Counted from the first letter of the stretch, positions 1 to 12,511 are shown. The stretch is 64,000 nt of DNA from Octopus bimaculoides (GCF_001194135.2 NC_069004.1:12815718-12879717), one strand, 5' to 3'. Translations and numbers: made by a program. Notes: generated by a model not told the origin, from the sequence alone.

Positions 1-583
1 GACAACACGAAACCGCTTATTTCTCAAAATACAATGTTTATATACCAAAAAGATTTTATAACATTTTTATAACATTTTTCTGACATAATTTAAATATATA
101 CTTTAACCATGTAACACAAGCCTTCTGTAGTTTTTTCACTCTTATTATCTTTTATACATCCAACCACGTGCTTTCACATACCAACTTTCTCACCTATATA
201 TATATATACATACATATACAGATTATCATTCGGCTTATGAATTGGTTCAAATAATCCAGCATGGAGACAGAAGGTAGCATCAAGAAAATTTATTCTGTGA
301 TAACCCTTTCCTATAGTAATGTTGAGTCCTAAATTCTTAAAAAGTCTAAAGAAATGTTTCCTATGCCTTTCTCTTTGTACTTTACTACTTCTGTTCAGGA
401 AGAATAGGGCATCATCCTTATATAGACCTCCTGTTACTTTTTACTTTTCTTTTTTTCTTTTATAAATTTTTTGTAGAGTTCAGTCTTTAGTCCTTCATTT
501 AAATACACTTATATGCATTTTGAATATATTAAAGATATTTTGGTTTGTGTTTGACATATTTTTTTTATAACCTCCCATTTCAG

Positions 584-686
584 GTGGTCCACTTGGAGAA
601 CTTGTTCAATGGAGTGACCTGATATCGAGTTTATATTTACTTGGACACAACATTACAATTACAAGTGAAATGGAACAATTAACTGG
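584..686 (+). CDS. MGAT5: MGAT5 exon (GGPLGELVQWSDLISSLYLLGHNITITSEMEQLT)
   Basis: Acceptor tttcag 578-583, donor gtttgt at 687; phase 1 to 2. Confidence 0.93.
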
Positions 687-3019
687 GTTTGTTGAATTCA
701 TTTTCTGTTATTTAATTACCTCTTAAGCAGAATGGCCCACACTCTACAGTAAAAAGTCATAATTACTAGTTGAAGTCAATTAACTTGATTTGTTTTGATT
801 GTTTGGAACAATGGTTCTCAACCATTTTTTGCCCAGGGACCCCTTTGATTGCTATTTTACTCAGGTGAACCCCCACAGCCATTCAGTGTTTAAAAAATCC
901 TGCTATATTTTTATAAGTAAATATATATCTTCTTGCCTTTAACCCTACAACGCGGAGTATAGACCACTTATAATTGAATTCCATGTCGCATAATTCTTCG
1001 CTTCTGTACTTATACTCTGCCATGAATGTCCCTCTTTGTCTAGTTCCTTTTGTGTTGATCTGCACCACGAGTTCTTAGGCCTACCCCTCTTTCTATATCC
1101 ATCTGGATTCCACTGTAAAGCACTTTTCGCTACATTTGGTGTGTCCTTTCTAATTGTGCTACCAATCCACTTCCATTTTTTCTTAAATATTTGCTCTCTA
1201 ATCGAAACGTGATTCGTTCTTTGCACTAGCTCCATATTGCTTATGTGTTCGGGCCATCTGATTTTAAGTATACTACGCAAGCACCCGTTGATGAATGATT
1301 GTATTTGCTTGTTTGACTTAACTGTTGTTCTCCATGTCTCAGCCCCATACAATAACACCGCTTTTACGTTAGTGTTAAAAATTCTTATTTTGTTCTTTAT
1401 TGAAATTACACTTATTNNNNNNNNNNAAAAAAAAAAAAAAAAAAAAGAAATCCAAATCTTTTTCTCACATGTGTTACAATCATTGTTGTCATTGGCAGCA
1501 ATGGTGAAGATGTCGTCGTTGTCATCATCATCATCATCTCTACCATAATAATTTGCATACAAAAGGTAGGTTAGAGGTGAATTGAGAATAGCATTTAAAG
1601 GCATCAGCTGAGACATGCGTGAGAGACAGCAACACTGGTATGGATATTTTGATGTTTGAAGGTAATAAAGGCTTTGGGAACAGGTACCTTGTGGTGTTGG
1701 TGAGATAATTCCATGATGATTGGAAATATACAGCACAAGAGACCTGTCAAAAGCACACAGTTCAGTGGTTAGGGTGTCGGGCTCACAATCATAGGGTAGT
1801 GAGTTCAGTTCCCAGACTGGGCTGTGTGTTGTGTTCTTGAGCAAGACACTTTATTTTACATCATTCCAGTTTGCTCAGTTGTAGAAATGAGTTGCGACGT
1901 CACTGGTGCTAAGCTGTATCGGCCATTGCCTTTCCCTTGGATAGCATCGGTAGCATGGAGAGGGGGAGGCTGGTATGCATGGGTGATTACTGATCTTCCA
2001 TAGACAAACTTGCCTGGACTTGTGTCTTAGAGGGGAAGTTTCTAGGTGCAATCCCGTGGTCATTCATGATCGAAGGGGGTTGTTAGCCTAGACCTGTTAA
2101 AGCCATGCCTAGATAGAAAAACAAAGAAGGAAGAAGAGAAAGGGAAGGGCCCTGTGAGGTGGCTGTTGTTGTTGTTAATCCTTTAGCATTCAAATTTCTT
2201 TGTCAACTGTATTGCTTATACTGTGTAACAAAATATTTTTCTTTTTGGTCTTTGGTCAGTAAGTGTTATTTCCTATTTGCTTCTAACTAGGAATCAAAGG
2301 AAATCACTACTATTCCCTTCAAACTTTGCTCTTGTGATCTGGACATATATATTGAGTATGATACACAGATGACTTTTTTTATCATTTTATGTTTTTCATT
2401 TCTCCATTTGATTTTTTTTTTCTGTTTGTTTGTTTTTTATCAGGATCTTATCCAAACTTCCATCTGTGTTGTCTCCATGTCAAGCCCGGAAGGACTTACC
2501 TGTTGATATGATCTACACTGACCTTGTTGGTTTACGTCAGTTCAAAAAACATGTAAAAGGGGGTTATGGTAAATTCAGGTGAGTTCTGCATTACAACTCT
2601 CTTTCCTCCTCCTCTTTTTTCTTTCCTTCTTTCTCCTCTTCCACCTCTTTCTGTTCTTTCTCCTTCCTCCTCTTCTACCTCTTCTTCCTTCTCTTTCTCG
2701 TCCTCCTTTCCTTCTTCCTCCTCTTCCCTTTCTCATCCTCTTTCTCCTCTTTTCCCTCTCCTCTTTTCCTCCTCCTCTCCCTCCTCTTCTTCTTCCTCCC
2801 TCCTCTATCATCATCATCCTCATTTTTCATCTATTTTTTCTTTTGTTCACCTGTCTTACCCACATTGCAGTATGGACTGTGTGTATTTTTTTTGTAACCA
2901 TATGGTCCCAGGTTCAGTCCCACTGCATAGCACTTTAGGCAAGTGTCTTCTACTATAGCCTCAGGCTGGCCAAAGCCTTGTGAGCGGATTTGGTAGACAG
3001 AAACTGAAAGAAGCCCATC

Positions 3020-3063
<44 letters not shown>

Positions 3064-6000
3064 TTGTGTGTGTTTGTCCCCACCCCATCGCTTGACAACC
3101 GATGTTGGTGTGTTTAGGTACCCATAATTTAATGGTTCAGCAAAAGAGACCGATAGAATAAGTACTAGGCTTACAAAGAATAAGTCCTGGGGTCAATTTG
3201 TTTGACTAAAGGCAGTGCTCCAGCAAGGCCACACTTAAATAACAAACAAATAAAAGAAATGTCACTAGCACTAAAGATGCTGTCTACAGCAGGACTAAAG
3301 AGCTGATAACCCCCCAGAAGGGGTTACTAATCCCTACTATCATAAGTAGCTAAATGAGGTATGTTGCCTGTAAACTACCATTGGGTCAGTACTTTACTAA
3401 TTTGTATTTTATTTTTTTCTTCGTATCATACCTGCTTCTTTCTCTTTCTTCTTCCTTCTTTCCCACAACTCTTTCTTCTTCTTCTTCTTCCTTCTTTTCC
3501 ACTACTCTTTCTTCTTCCTTCTTTCCTATTTCTCTTTCTTCCTTCTTTCCCACTACTCTTTCTTCTTCTTCCTTTCCCACTACACTTTCTTCTTCCTTCT
3601 TTCCCACTACTCTTTCTTCTTCCTTCTTTCCCACTACTCTTTCTTCTTCCTTTCCCACTACACTTCTTCTNNNNNNNNNNNNNNNNNNNNNNNNNNNNNN
3701 NNNNNNNNNNNNNNNNNNNNNNNNNNNNNNNNNNNNNNNNNNNNNNNNTCTTTCTTCTTCTTCCTTTCCCACTACACTTTCTTCTTCCTTCTTTCCCACT
3801 ACTCTTTCTTCTTCCTTCTTTCCCACTACTCTTTCTTCTTCCTTTCCCACTACACTTCTTCTTCCTTCTTTCCCACTACTCTTTCTTCTTTCCCACTACT
3901 CTTTCTTCTTCCATCTTTCCCACTACACTTTTTTCCTTCTTTCCCATTACTCTTTCTTCTTCCTTCTTTCCCACTACACTTTCTTCTTCCTTTCCCACTA
4001 CACTTTCTTCTTCCTTCTTTTCCACTACTCTTTCTTCTTCCATCTTTCCCACTACTCTTTCTTCTTCCTTCTTTCCCACTACTCTTTCTTCTTCCTTTCC
4101 CACTACTCTTTCTTCTTCCTTCTTTCCCACTACACTTTCTTCTTCCTTCTNNNNNNNNNNNNNNNNNNNNNNNNNNNNNNNNNNNNNNNNNNNNNNNNNN
4201 NNNNNNNNNNNNNNNNNNNNNNNNNNNNNNNNNNNNNNNNNNNNNNNNNNNNNNNNNNNNNNNNNNNNNNNNNNNNNNNNNNNNNNNNNNNNNNNNNNNN
4301 NNNNNNNNNNNNNNNNNNNNNNNNNNNNNNNNNNNNNNNNNNNNNNNNNNNNNNNNNNNNNNNNNNNNNNNNNNNNNNNNNNNNNNNNNNNNNNNNNNNN
4401 NNNNNNNNNNNNNNNNNNNNNNNNNNNNNNNNNNNNNNNNNNNNNNNNNNNNNNNNNNNNNNNNNNNNNNNNNNNNNNNNNNNNNNNNNNNNNNNNNNNN
4501 NNNNNNNNNNNNNNNNNNNNNNNNNNNNNNNNNNNNNNNNNNNNNNNNNNNNNNNNNNNNNNNNNNNNNNNNNNNNNNNNNNNNNNNNNNNNNNNNNNNN
4601 NNNNNNNNNNNNNNNNNNNNNNNNNNNNNNNNNNNNNNNNNNNNNNNNNNNNNNNNNNNNNAAAAAGTTTGATATTATCAAATATATGATAATATCAAAT
4701 ATATATTGTTATTAAATATATGTTGTTATTGAATATATCGTATTGCCAGAACTGTATTATCAAATATATATTATCAAAAATATGATATCAGATATATCAT
4801 ATTATCAAATATATGTTGTTATTAAATATATATTGTTATCAAATATATAATAGAAAATAGAAAATATTGTCAACAATATGATATTATCAAATATGCGATG
4901 ATAATATTAAATATATAATGTTATTAAATATATAATGTTATAAAAGATATGATGTTGTCAAATATATGAAGTTACCAAATATATAATGTTATCAAATATA
5001 CACTGCTTTCTGAAATGGTCTCTAAATTTCTAAAATCCTTTCACGTACTGTTAAAACAAATAAGAACAAACACTTAAACAGTACTTCTGTTTATTTGGGT
5101 CCTCCTCATTTTGTTAGCTTCTCATTTCTCTGTTGTCATCTTGTTAATTTTTCATTTCTTTGTTGTCTGCAATCATGATCCTTTATATTTATCACATTTT
5201 GCTGGTCCCTAAAACTAATTTTTTCAACTTGAAGTAATCCTTTAACCCTTTTGTATTCAGATTATTCTGTCAAATGTAATCCCTATTTTTTTTCACACTG
5301 TTTAGAATTAATCATGCATTATCTTGTAACTTTGAGATTTCAATGGGGTGACTGTTTATTTTACAATGACATTGTAGAGTAGGTGTGAGAGACTGGATCT
5401 GGCCAGTTTGGACCTAAAACAGGTAGAATATTTTGGCCAGATATGGGTTAAACTGAAGAGTTAAAACTGAAGTGATCTGAATCATCAAAGCTCAAAGTGG
5501 TCCTCGTATCTTAAAATTATCAGTTTGTTAGATACCCCAGCCACCTGTACCACCACTTATCATTTTGTAAATTTATCTCATGTAAAAACCATGCCAAACA
5601 GACCTAGCTGGTGCTGGTACCATATATAAAGCACCCAGTTGTAAGGTGGTTGGCATTAGGAAGGTCATCCAGCCATAAAAACCATGCCAAAACATACCTC
5701 ACAGGTGCTGGTGCCATGTAAAAAGTATCTACTCTGTAAGGTGGTTGGCATTAGGAAGAGCATCCAACCGTAAAACCGATGCCAAAACAGACCTTGTCAG
5801 TACTGGTGCCATGTAAAAAAAGCATACACATTCTACTTTGTTAGGTGGTTAGCATTAGGAAGAGCATCCAGCCGTAAAACCGATGCCAAAACAGACAGTA
5901 AAGCCTGGTGAAGTCCTCTAGCTTGCCAGCTCCTGTCAAACAGTCAAACCCATACTAGCATGGAAAACATGTTAAGCAAGAATATATGGTAAGATAAGAA

Positions 6001-7119
6001 GTGTGATTGAGAGAAGAAAGGATTGCATTGATGAAAGAAGAGCGAAGAAAGAGGAAGATGAGATTTGTTTGCACGAGTTAAAACATGCCAAGTTGTTTGT
6101 GTTCTTCTTTGTCACATATTGATATTATGTATATTTGTAGCTCACACCCCTGACAACTCATTTATGGGGTTTGTAGTTGAACAGCATTTGAAGGATCCTG
6201 TACTGCCAAGCATTAAGAAAAAGAACCAAGCTGTAGTCTATGGTAAAAATGAATTGATGTGGAAGGTCAGTTTTTTCTTTTTGTTTTTTTTCTTTTAATA
6301 AATTTTCATCTTGATTAATGAGTTTCCTAGTCATCATCATCATCACCGTTTAACGTCCGCTTTCCATGCTAGCATGGGTTGGACGATTTGACTGAGGACT
6401 GGTGAGACCAGATGGCTACACCAGGCTCCAATCTGATTTGGCAGAGTTTCTACAGCTGGATGCCCTTCCTAACGCCAACCACTCAGAGAGTGTAGTGGGT
6501 GCTTTTTACGTGCCACCGGCACGAAGGCCAGTCAGGCGGTACTGGCAACGGCCACACTCAAAATGGTGTATTTTATGTGCCACCCGCACAAGAGCCAGTC
6601 CAGGGGCACTGGCAACGATCTCACTCGAAAGTCCTTACACATGCCGTGCAAATTGTAGCTGTGTTGTAAACTAAGTCAGCGTGGTTGACCAAGATAGCAG
6701 TCCTATTTTGTTGTAGAGATCGTGGGTGACCCATAGGCTAACCAGAAATTAGTTTCAGGTAGGTTTAATAAACTACAATAGTGTTCATCTATAATTTTGC
6801 TGGAAGTAAAACTGCACTGACTCACAGTTGTGGTTGATAGGCCTGCTAGAAATAGCAGCCAAATTACCCTAAAATCGCACTGCACTGTCTTAGAAAAGGA
6901 CATATTGGACAATGTAGGACTAAATTCCTGTTTCATAGGGATAGTCAGGACTAGGCCTCTTAACCTTGGGCTAAACACAAGCTAAACTATGGAAGTGATA
7001 AAAGGAGATATTTGAGGGGAGCTAAGAGTCAAGAGTTGGTGAGTAACCTTAAAGGGTTGAACTGTGAATAAAAGTCTGACTAGAAAAATGTTGGCTGCTT
7101 TTTCTTGTTACCCTTCATT

Positions 7120-7155
<36 letters not shown>

Positions 7156-10100
7156 GTTTAACGTCCGCTTTCCATGCTAGCATGGGTTGGATGATTTGAC
7201 TGAGGACTGGTGAAACCAGATGGCTACACCAGGCTCCAATCTGATTTGGCAGAGTTTCTACAGCTGGATGCCCTTCCTAACGCCAACCACTCAGAGAGTG
7301 TAGTGGGTGCTTTTACGTGCCACCAGCACGAAGGCCAGTCAGGCGGTACTGGAAACGGCCATGCTCGAAATGATGTATTTTATGTGCCACCCACACAAGA
7401 GCCAGTCCAGGGGCACTGGCAACGATCTCGCTCAAAAATCCTTATACATGTCACGGGCACAAGTGCCAGAAAGGTGACGCTGGGCACAGGTGCTATCCTG
7501 ATTTTGCTTTCGCTTGCCCCAATGTCTTTGCAAGCTGAGTTTCGTGTCCAATGAAGGAGACGACGTTGGCATGGGTGCCTTCATCTTATATCATATTTTG
7601 ACATAGACCGTCATTTCAATTCTTTATTTCATAATCATTCAATTTGTAACATGCTCCTTGCTAAGAGTGTGTACTGGACGGTACTTACTCCTTATTATTC
7701 AATGGTGTTCCCTCAGATTTACAGTTATATACTTATTTCGAAACCCCTCTTTAGCATGATTACGATTCATGCTCATCCAGAATATTCTGAAGCACCCCTT
7801 GGCACCAAAGTCTGGAGATGGTCCTGAATCATAATAAAGGGAAAAAAATTGAAATTTAAAGTATTTTTACTCACAAGATACAATAATTGTATTTATAAAA
7901 ATAGAGTTTGGTCATAGATCAAGATTAAATGTATTGCATCACACTTTCCGAATGAATTCTTTCTAAACTGCCTTTTGTTTTGAAAATAATAATTTCTCTT
8001 GTGAATAGATTTTTTAAAGACGTTTTGTTTCATTTTGAAATATGGTGTAATAAAGAAAGTAAAATGACAGTGTATAATTAATGATAGCAGTAATTATGAC
8101 AGCCTATAGTTAATTATGACACGTGAGGCTGGATAATTACCAAAAAAAAAAAAAAAGTATTGAAAGATAGTTGGGGAATAAATCTAGGTGAGCAAGTAAT
8201 AAAATAAAGTAGCAAATATCAAGGCTCTAATTATTTATTTGTTGTTCTGCCTTCAGATTTGTGTTTTGGATAATACTAATCCAAATTCTTTGCTTTTATT
8301 ATATTTCTGAGGCAGTATGGTTAGAATTAGACACTCATTTCCTCAGTCATTTAACACATCCCAGGTAGTTCATAAGACGATCATTAACTCAGTGCATCTC
8401 TAAATCAAGTCAGGGGAGATAATGCTTGACTATGTTGCCCCCTGATATAATTCTATGAAAATATATTTATGATTTCGTTGGAGATTTATCATTGTTCTCT
8501 ATCTTTGCAGGATAAAACCAACTACTTGGCTGTTGTGAATAAATTTGTGGACATTCATGGCACAGTTTATGTTAATGGCAAAACAAACAAAAGCCGTTAT
8601 ATTCCTTTGTATGTTAAAAACCATGGCTTGCTCAAAGGAGAAGAACTTCATACGTTACTCCGAGAGTCTAAGGTAATTTGATTGTGACATTTATTTCTCC
8701 AAGCTGTTTTCACCTTTGTGTTTTAGTGACTAAGCAAAAAGCTCTATGCAAATGAACTAACAGAACAATTGCATTAATTGTTCAGATGTTAGTCCTGTTG
8801 TTCAACTTGAGATATAGTTGTCTAGGTCATTGCTGTTTCTGTCATCATGAGGTCTCCTAATTTAAAGATGGTTATATTGTTATACATAGAATAAACACTA
8901 TTCCAAGATAATTGAATTATTCCCAACAACAAGAAACATATGTGGGTTATAAAGATGACAATAACAGCAGTTAATGGTGGTGGCATAGGTCTTCATAATA
9001 TATCCACATGCATACGCAATGTGAAAGCACAGCAATTAGAGTGTCAGACTCACAATCATGATGTAGTGAGTTCGATTCCCAGACTGGGCTGTGTGTTGTG
9101 TTCTTGAGCAAGACACTTTATTTCACATTGCTCCAGCTCATTAAACTGTAGAAATGAATTGCGATGTCACCGGTGCCAAGCTGTATCAGCCTTTGCTTTT
9201 CCCTTGGATAACATGGGTAGCATGGAGAGAGGAGGCTGGTATGCATGGACAACCACTGGTCTTCTACAAACAACTTTGCCTGGACTTGTACCGCAAGGAT
9301 AACTTTCTAGTTGTAATCCCATGATCATTCATGACACCCAAAAGGGAGTCTTTTTTACATACACAATGACAGATTTATATTAATAAGAGTCCTACTACAG
9401 TATCTGTTCTTACTATTTACATCATTACTACACTACTCTTAGTATAACTACCAATACCGATGGTTGTTATTAGTATTTTTGTAATATCTCTTTATTCTTG
9501 TCTTTTTTATCAGTTACAAAAAAATTTTAATTGCTTTTCTGTTTTGTATCATTTCAGTTATTTATTGGTCTTGGTTTCCCCTATGAAGGACCTGCTCCTC
9601 TTGAAGCGATAGCTAATGGTTGTGTGTTCCTCAATCCAAAATTCAACCCACCTCACAGCAGTAAAAATATACCATTTTTCAAGGGGAAGCCAACTTCTCG
9701 AAATGTAAGAAACTTCTTTAAAATGTTTAGCACATTAGAACAGTGTTGGCTGTCAGGGCCAGTTACTAGGTTAGCCTGTGTTGTCTTAGATAATTACATA
9801 GAATATAACGAGGGTATCTCTACATGATGGTATGACCTGTTAGAAATAGCAGCTAAATTCCTTCAGATTACACTACTATAAAAGACAGGAAGATAAGCAT
9901 GGTTTCATATACTTTTGATCATAGGTTTAGCTTGACCTAGGGTTAAACAACAACACCAACAATTTATAATTGCTTTGTGACGATTTTATTGAAGGGTCAA
10001 TTATGGTCATTATCTTTTGTTGTTGTTGGCACTCCGTCGCTTACGACGTCGAGGGTTCCAGTTGATCGGATCAACGGAACAGCCTGCTCGTGAAATTAAC

Positions 10101-10926
10101 GTGCAAGTGGCTGAGCACTCCACAGACATGTGTACCCTTAACGTAGTTCTCGGGGATATTCAGCTTGACACAGTATGACAAGGCTAACCCTTTGAATTAC
10201 AGGCACAACAGAAACAGGAAGTAAAAGTGAGAGAAAGTTGTGGTGGAAGAGTACAGCAGGGTTCACCACCNNNNNNNNNNNNNNNNNNNNNNNNNNNNNN
10301 NNNNNNNNNNNNNNNNNNNNNNNNNNNNNNNNNNNNNNNNNNNNNNNNNNNNNNNNNNNNNNNNNNNNNNNNNNNNNNNNNNNNNNNNNNNNNNNNNNNN
10401 NNNNNNNNNNNNNNNNNNNNNNNNNNNNNNNNNNNNNNNNNNNNNNNNNNNNNNNNNNNNNNNNNNNNNNNNNNNNNNNNNNNNNNNNNNNNNNNNNNNN
10501 NNNNNNNNNNNNNNNNNNNNNNNNNNNNNNNNNNNNNNNNNNNNNNNNNNNNNNNNNNNNNNNNNNNNNNNNNNNNNNNNNNNNNNNNNNNNNNNNNNNN
10601 NNNNNNNNNNNNNNNNNNNNNNNNNNNNNNNNNNNNNNNNNNNNNNNNNNNNNNNNNNNNNNNNNNNNNNNNNNNNNNNNNNNNNNNNNNNNNNNNNNNN
10701 NNNNNNNNNNNNNNNNNNNNNNNNNNNNNNNNNNNNNNNNNNNNNNNNNNNNNNNNNNNNNNNNNNNNNNNNNNNNNNNNNNNNNNNNNNNNNNNNNNNN
10801 NNNNNNNNNNNNNNNNNNNNNNNNNNNNNNNNNNNNNNNNNNNNNNNNNNNNNNNNNNNNNNNNNNNNNNNNNNNNNNNNNNNNNNNNNNNNNNNNNNNN
10901 NNNNNNNNNNNNNNNNNNNNNNNNNN

Positions 10927-10994
<68 letters not shown>

Positions 10995-12511
10995 CAACAC
11001 ACACACACAGATTTTGTAACATTAAATACCACTTTCTTTGTCAAACTCTTTACCTAGAAGTGACCTCCAAGCCTTTCTTGTGGGTCAACTTTCACAAATT
11101 CTCCCCGTGTCTTCCTCACTTTCACTTTACCACCTGCTCCTTGCTTCCACTGAGAATCACAAGTCACTTCTTTATTCATGCATCATCCCCCATATGGCCT
11201 ACATGTCGATACCAGCTCAGACTTCTCTCTTGTACACTACATCTGATTGGACTCTTATGCCCAGTTATTCTCTCAGCTCTTCTCCATCATTTATCTTTAC
11301 AAACATTACATGTCCAATGAGAGCATGGAATTCTGAAACCAAATTCAATGTTAGATTAACAATTCATTCCTTGAGCATTGATTAAATCTCATAAAGATAT
11401 TGGAATAAACAGAAATTTACATCAAATACAAGTCCCCTACCCTTTTCATTATTTGATCAACATTGCATTAATTTTTTTTGTTTTCTTTTTTAATGTTTTT
11501 TTTTTTTATATAAATCTCTAAATTAGACTCTATGTAATTACATTAACAACCTATTTTCTGATATAGCTTACCAGCCAACATCCTTATGCTGAGCATCATA
11601 TTGGTAGACCTTACGTTTATTCAGTGGACATCAATGATTTAGCAGCTGTGGAGAGTATTCTTACTGAAATCATGACATTAAATAAGGTAAAATATTTGTT
11701 CTGCTTTTATTTCAGACTCTCAACTCTTATTGTACAATAACAATAATTCCAATTCAAAGTATACCTCGTTAACGTTGGTGTTGATTATGATAATGTTGAT
11801 GTATATCAAAGAGTTATTGATATATTTCAGTTTGAACCCTACATGCCACACGAATTCACTGAGGAAGGAATGCTACAAAGATTGAATGCTTATCTTGAAG
11901 GACAAAATTTCTGCTCATTTCAAAAGACTGCTCCAAAATGGCCTCCATCCGATGCCATCGTTGTATATCTTGGTGAAGCTGGCAAGCCTTGTAACGATGT
12001 TTGTTGGCAAAGAAGTAAGTAGAAATTCTTCTCATTTCCTGTTTTGTTTTGTTTTGTTTTTGTTAAATTACTCAAAAAAATTTTTTTGTTTTGTTTTGTA
12101 ATCTAAAATCATATTATTGTTTTTTAAATATTTGATTTTATGAATATTCCATTAATTAAGGTAATGTTAAGCTTGATTCATTACAGAGTAGATGATATGC
12201 TTTTGTGATGTTACGGAAAGATTTATTTTCTTCTTTTATTTCCTTCTTTAGATCGTATCTGTGAACCCTCATATTTCGAAGACATCAACAATTTAGAATC
12301 ACTGAAGAAATACAAAGCTAACTGCACCACAAAAAAATCCATAACAGACATTTATTACCCGGCGTTTAATCCTAAAACATTTGAGTGCATTTTACAGACA
12401 GATGAACGCTTGTTCAGTTGTGCAGGCGACAAGTTTCCTTTAATGCGTTTATGTCCATGTCGAGATTATATCAAAGGGCAGAGTGCTCTCTGTAAAAACT
12501 GTGATAGGTGA
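584..12511 (+). CDS. MGAT5: Alpha-1,6-mannosylglycoprotein 6-beta-N-acetylglucosaminyltransferase (GnT-V), 3' part, gene-level span; 5' exons lie outside the window
   Basis: join(584..686, 2444..2578, [missing exon], 6141..6265, 8511..8672, 9558..9704, 11567..11686, 11831..12014, 12252..12511). All visible introns are GT-AG with compatible phases except across the missing exon. Motifs GGPLGELVQWSDLISSLYLLGH, HTPDNSFMGFVVEQH, GLGFPYEGPAPLEAIANGC, LTSQHPYAE, FEPYMPHEFT and terminal CPCRDYIKGQSALCKNCDR* match GnT-V. Confidence 0.96.
809..925. mobile_element. Partial Buster-type hAT MITE (one end)
   Basis: TIR caatggttctcaacca at 809; interior matches the reverse complement of the right end of the 30959-31199 copy. 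Confidence 0.6.
929..1416 (-). mobile_element. RTE-clade LINE 3' end (ORF2 C-terminus plus short tail)
   Basis: Uninterrupted frame ...KIRIFNTNVKAVLLYGAETW...CLRSILKIRWPEHISN...WKWIG...ALQWNPDGYRKRGRPKNSW...LYSAL*, stop at 945-947; upstream end lost in the gap at 1417. Confidence 0.88.
2444..2578 (+). CDS. MGAT5: MGAT5 exon (ILSKLPSVLSPCQARKDLPVDMIYTDLVGLRQFKKHVKGGYGKF)
   Basis: Acceptor tatcag, donor gtgagt at 2579; 135 nt, phase 2 to 2; aligns with human IYIDIVGLAQFKK. Confidence 0.92.
2590..2830. repeat. Polypyrimidine low-complexity tract (CTT/CCT)
   Basis: Near-pure C/T over about 230 bp directly after the MGAT5 donor at 2579. Confidence 0.9.
3430..4150. repeat. Pyrimidine-rich minisatellite, unit about 23-27 bp (CTTTCCCACTAC[T/A]CTTTCTTCTTCCTT)
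   Basis: More than 20 units visible, broken by gaps at 3671-3748 and 4151-4661. Confidence 0.95.
4662..5000. repeat. Degenerate AT-rich tandem repeat (about 17-19 bp, TATTATCAAATATAT core)
   Basis: Recurrent ttatcaaatatat / ttattaaatatat units. Confidence 0.8.
5242..5464. mobile_element. piggyBac-like MITE copy
   Basis: TTAACCCTTT start, gagTTAA end; interior is the reverse complement of 40858-41080. Confidence 0.75.
6141..6265 (+). CDS. MGAT5: MGAT5 exon (HTPDNSFMGFVVEQHL...VYGKNELMWK)
   Basis: Acceptor ttgtag, donor gtcagt; 125 nt, phase 1 to 0. Confidence 0.95.
6333..6640 (-). mobile_element. RTE 3'-UTR copy
   Basis: (CAT)n-cgtttaacgtccgctttccatgctagcatggg...; near-identical copy at 7107-7580; more diverged copies at 5560-5975, 23310-23480, 29224-29720, 33290-33480, 56500-56710, 58690-59200, 61585-61790, 62830-63095. 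Confidence 0.8.
6720..6990 (+). mobile_element. Interspersed repeat family E (gacctgctagaaatagcagccaaat...gggctaaacaacaac)
   Basis: Recurs at about 9830-9965, 13210-13355, 28370-28640, 44050-44200 and inverted at about 26310-26450, 28660-28800; class not determined. Confidence 0.6.
8511..8672 (+). CDS. MGAT5: MGAT5 exon (DKTNYLAVV...VKNHGLLKGEELHTLLRESK)
   Basis: Acceptor ttgcag, donor gtaatt; 162 nt, phase 0 to 0. Confidence 0.95.
9558..9704 (+). CDS. MGAT5: MGAT5 exon (LFIGLGFPYEGPAPLEAIANGCVFLNPKF...KGKPTSRN)
   Basis: Acceptor tttcag, donor gtaaga; 147 nt. Confidence 0.96.
11040..11345 (-). mobile_element. Decayed RTE ORF2 C-terminal fragment
   Basis: Minus strand reads LRE*LGIR...IRCSVQERSLSWYRHV...VRKT, the same region as 48545-48900. 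Confidence 0.55.
11567..11686 (+). CDS. MGAT5: MGAT5 exon (LTSQHPYAEHHIGRPYVYSVDINDL...LNK)
   Basis: Acceptor atatag, donor gtaaaa; 120 nt. Confidence 0.94.
11831..12014 (+). CDS. MGAT5: MGAT5 exon (FEPYMPHEFTEEGMLQRLNAYLEGQNFC...WPP...CWQR)
   Basis: Acceptor tttcag, donor gtaagt; 184 nt, phase 0 to 1. Confidence 0.95.
12252..12511 (+). CDS. MGAT5: MGAT5 last coding exon (ICEPSYF...FSCAG...CPCRDYIKGQSALCKNCDR*)
   Basis: Acceptor ctttag; TGA at 12509-12511; Cys-rich C-terminal domain of GnT-V. Confidence 0.95.

Noticed and set aside
2566-2958. Ser/Leu/Pro- or Arg/Gly/Glu-rich ORFs on both strands
   Set aside because: Translations of the C/T low-complexity tract inside an MGAT5 intron.
3430-4150. 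Regularly spaced repeats superficially like a CRISPR array
   Set aside because: No unique spacers, no cas genes, eukaryotic intron; it is a minisatellite.
10138-11320. Long ORFs in the six-frame track (also 3354-4715, 13545-14037, 16071-16559, 39072-39899, 45100-45415, 56655-56980)
   Set aside because: They run through N gaps and (TA)n/(CA)n tracts, so they lack stops only artefactually.
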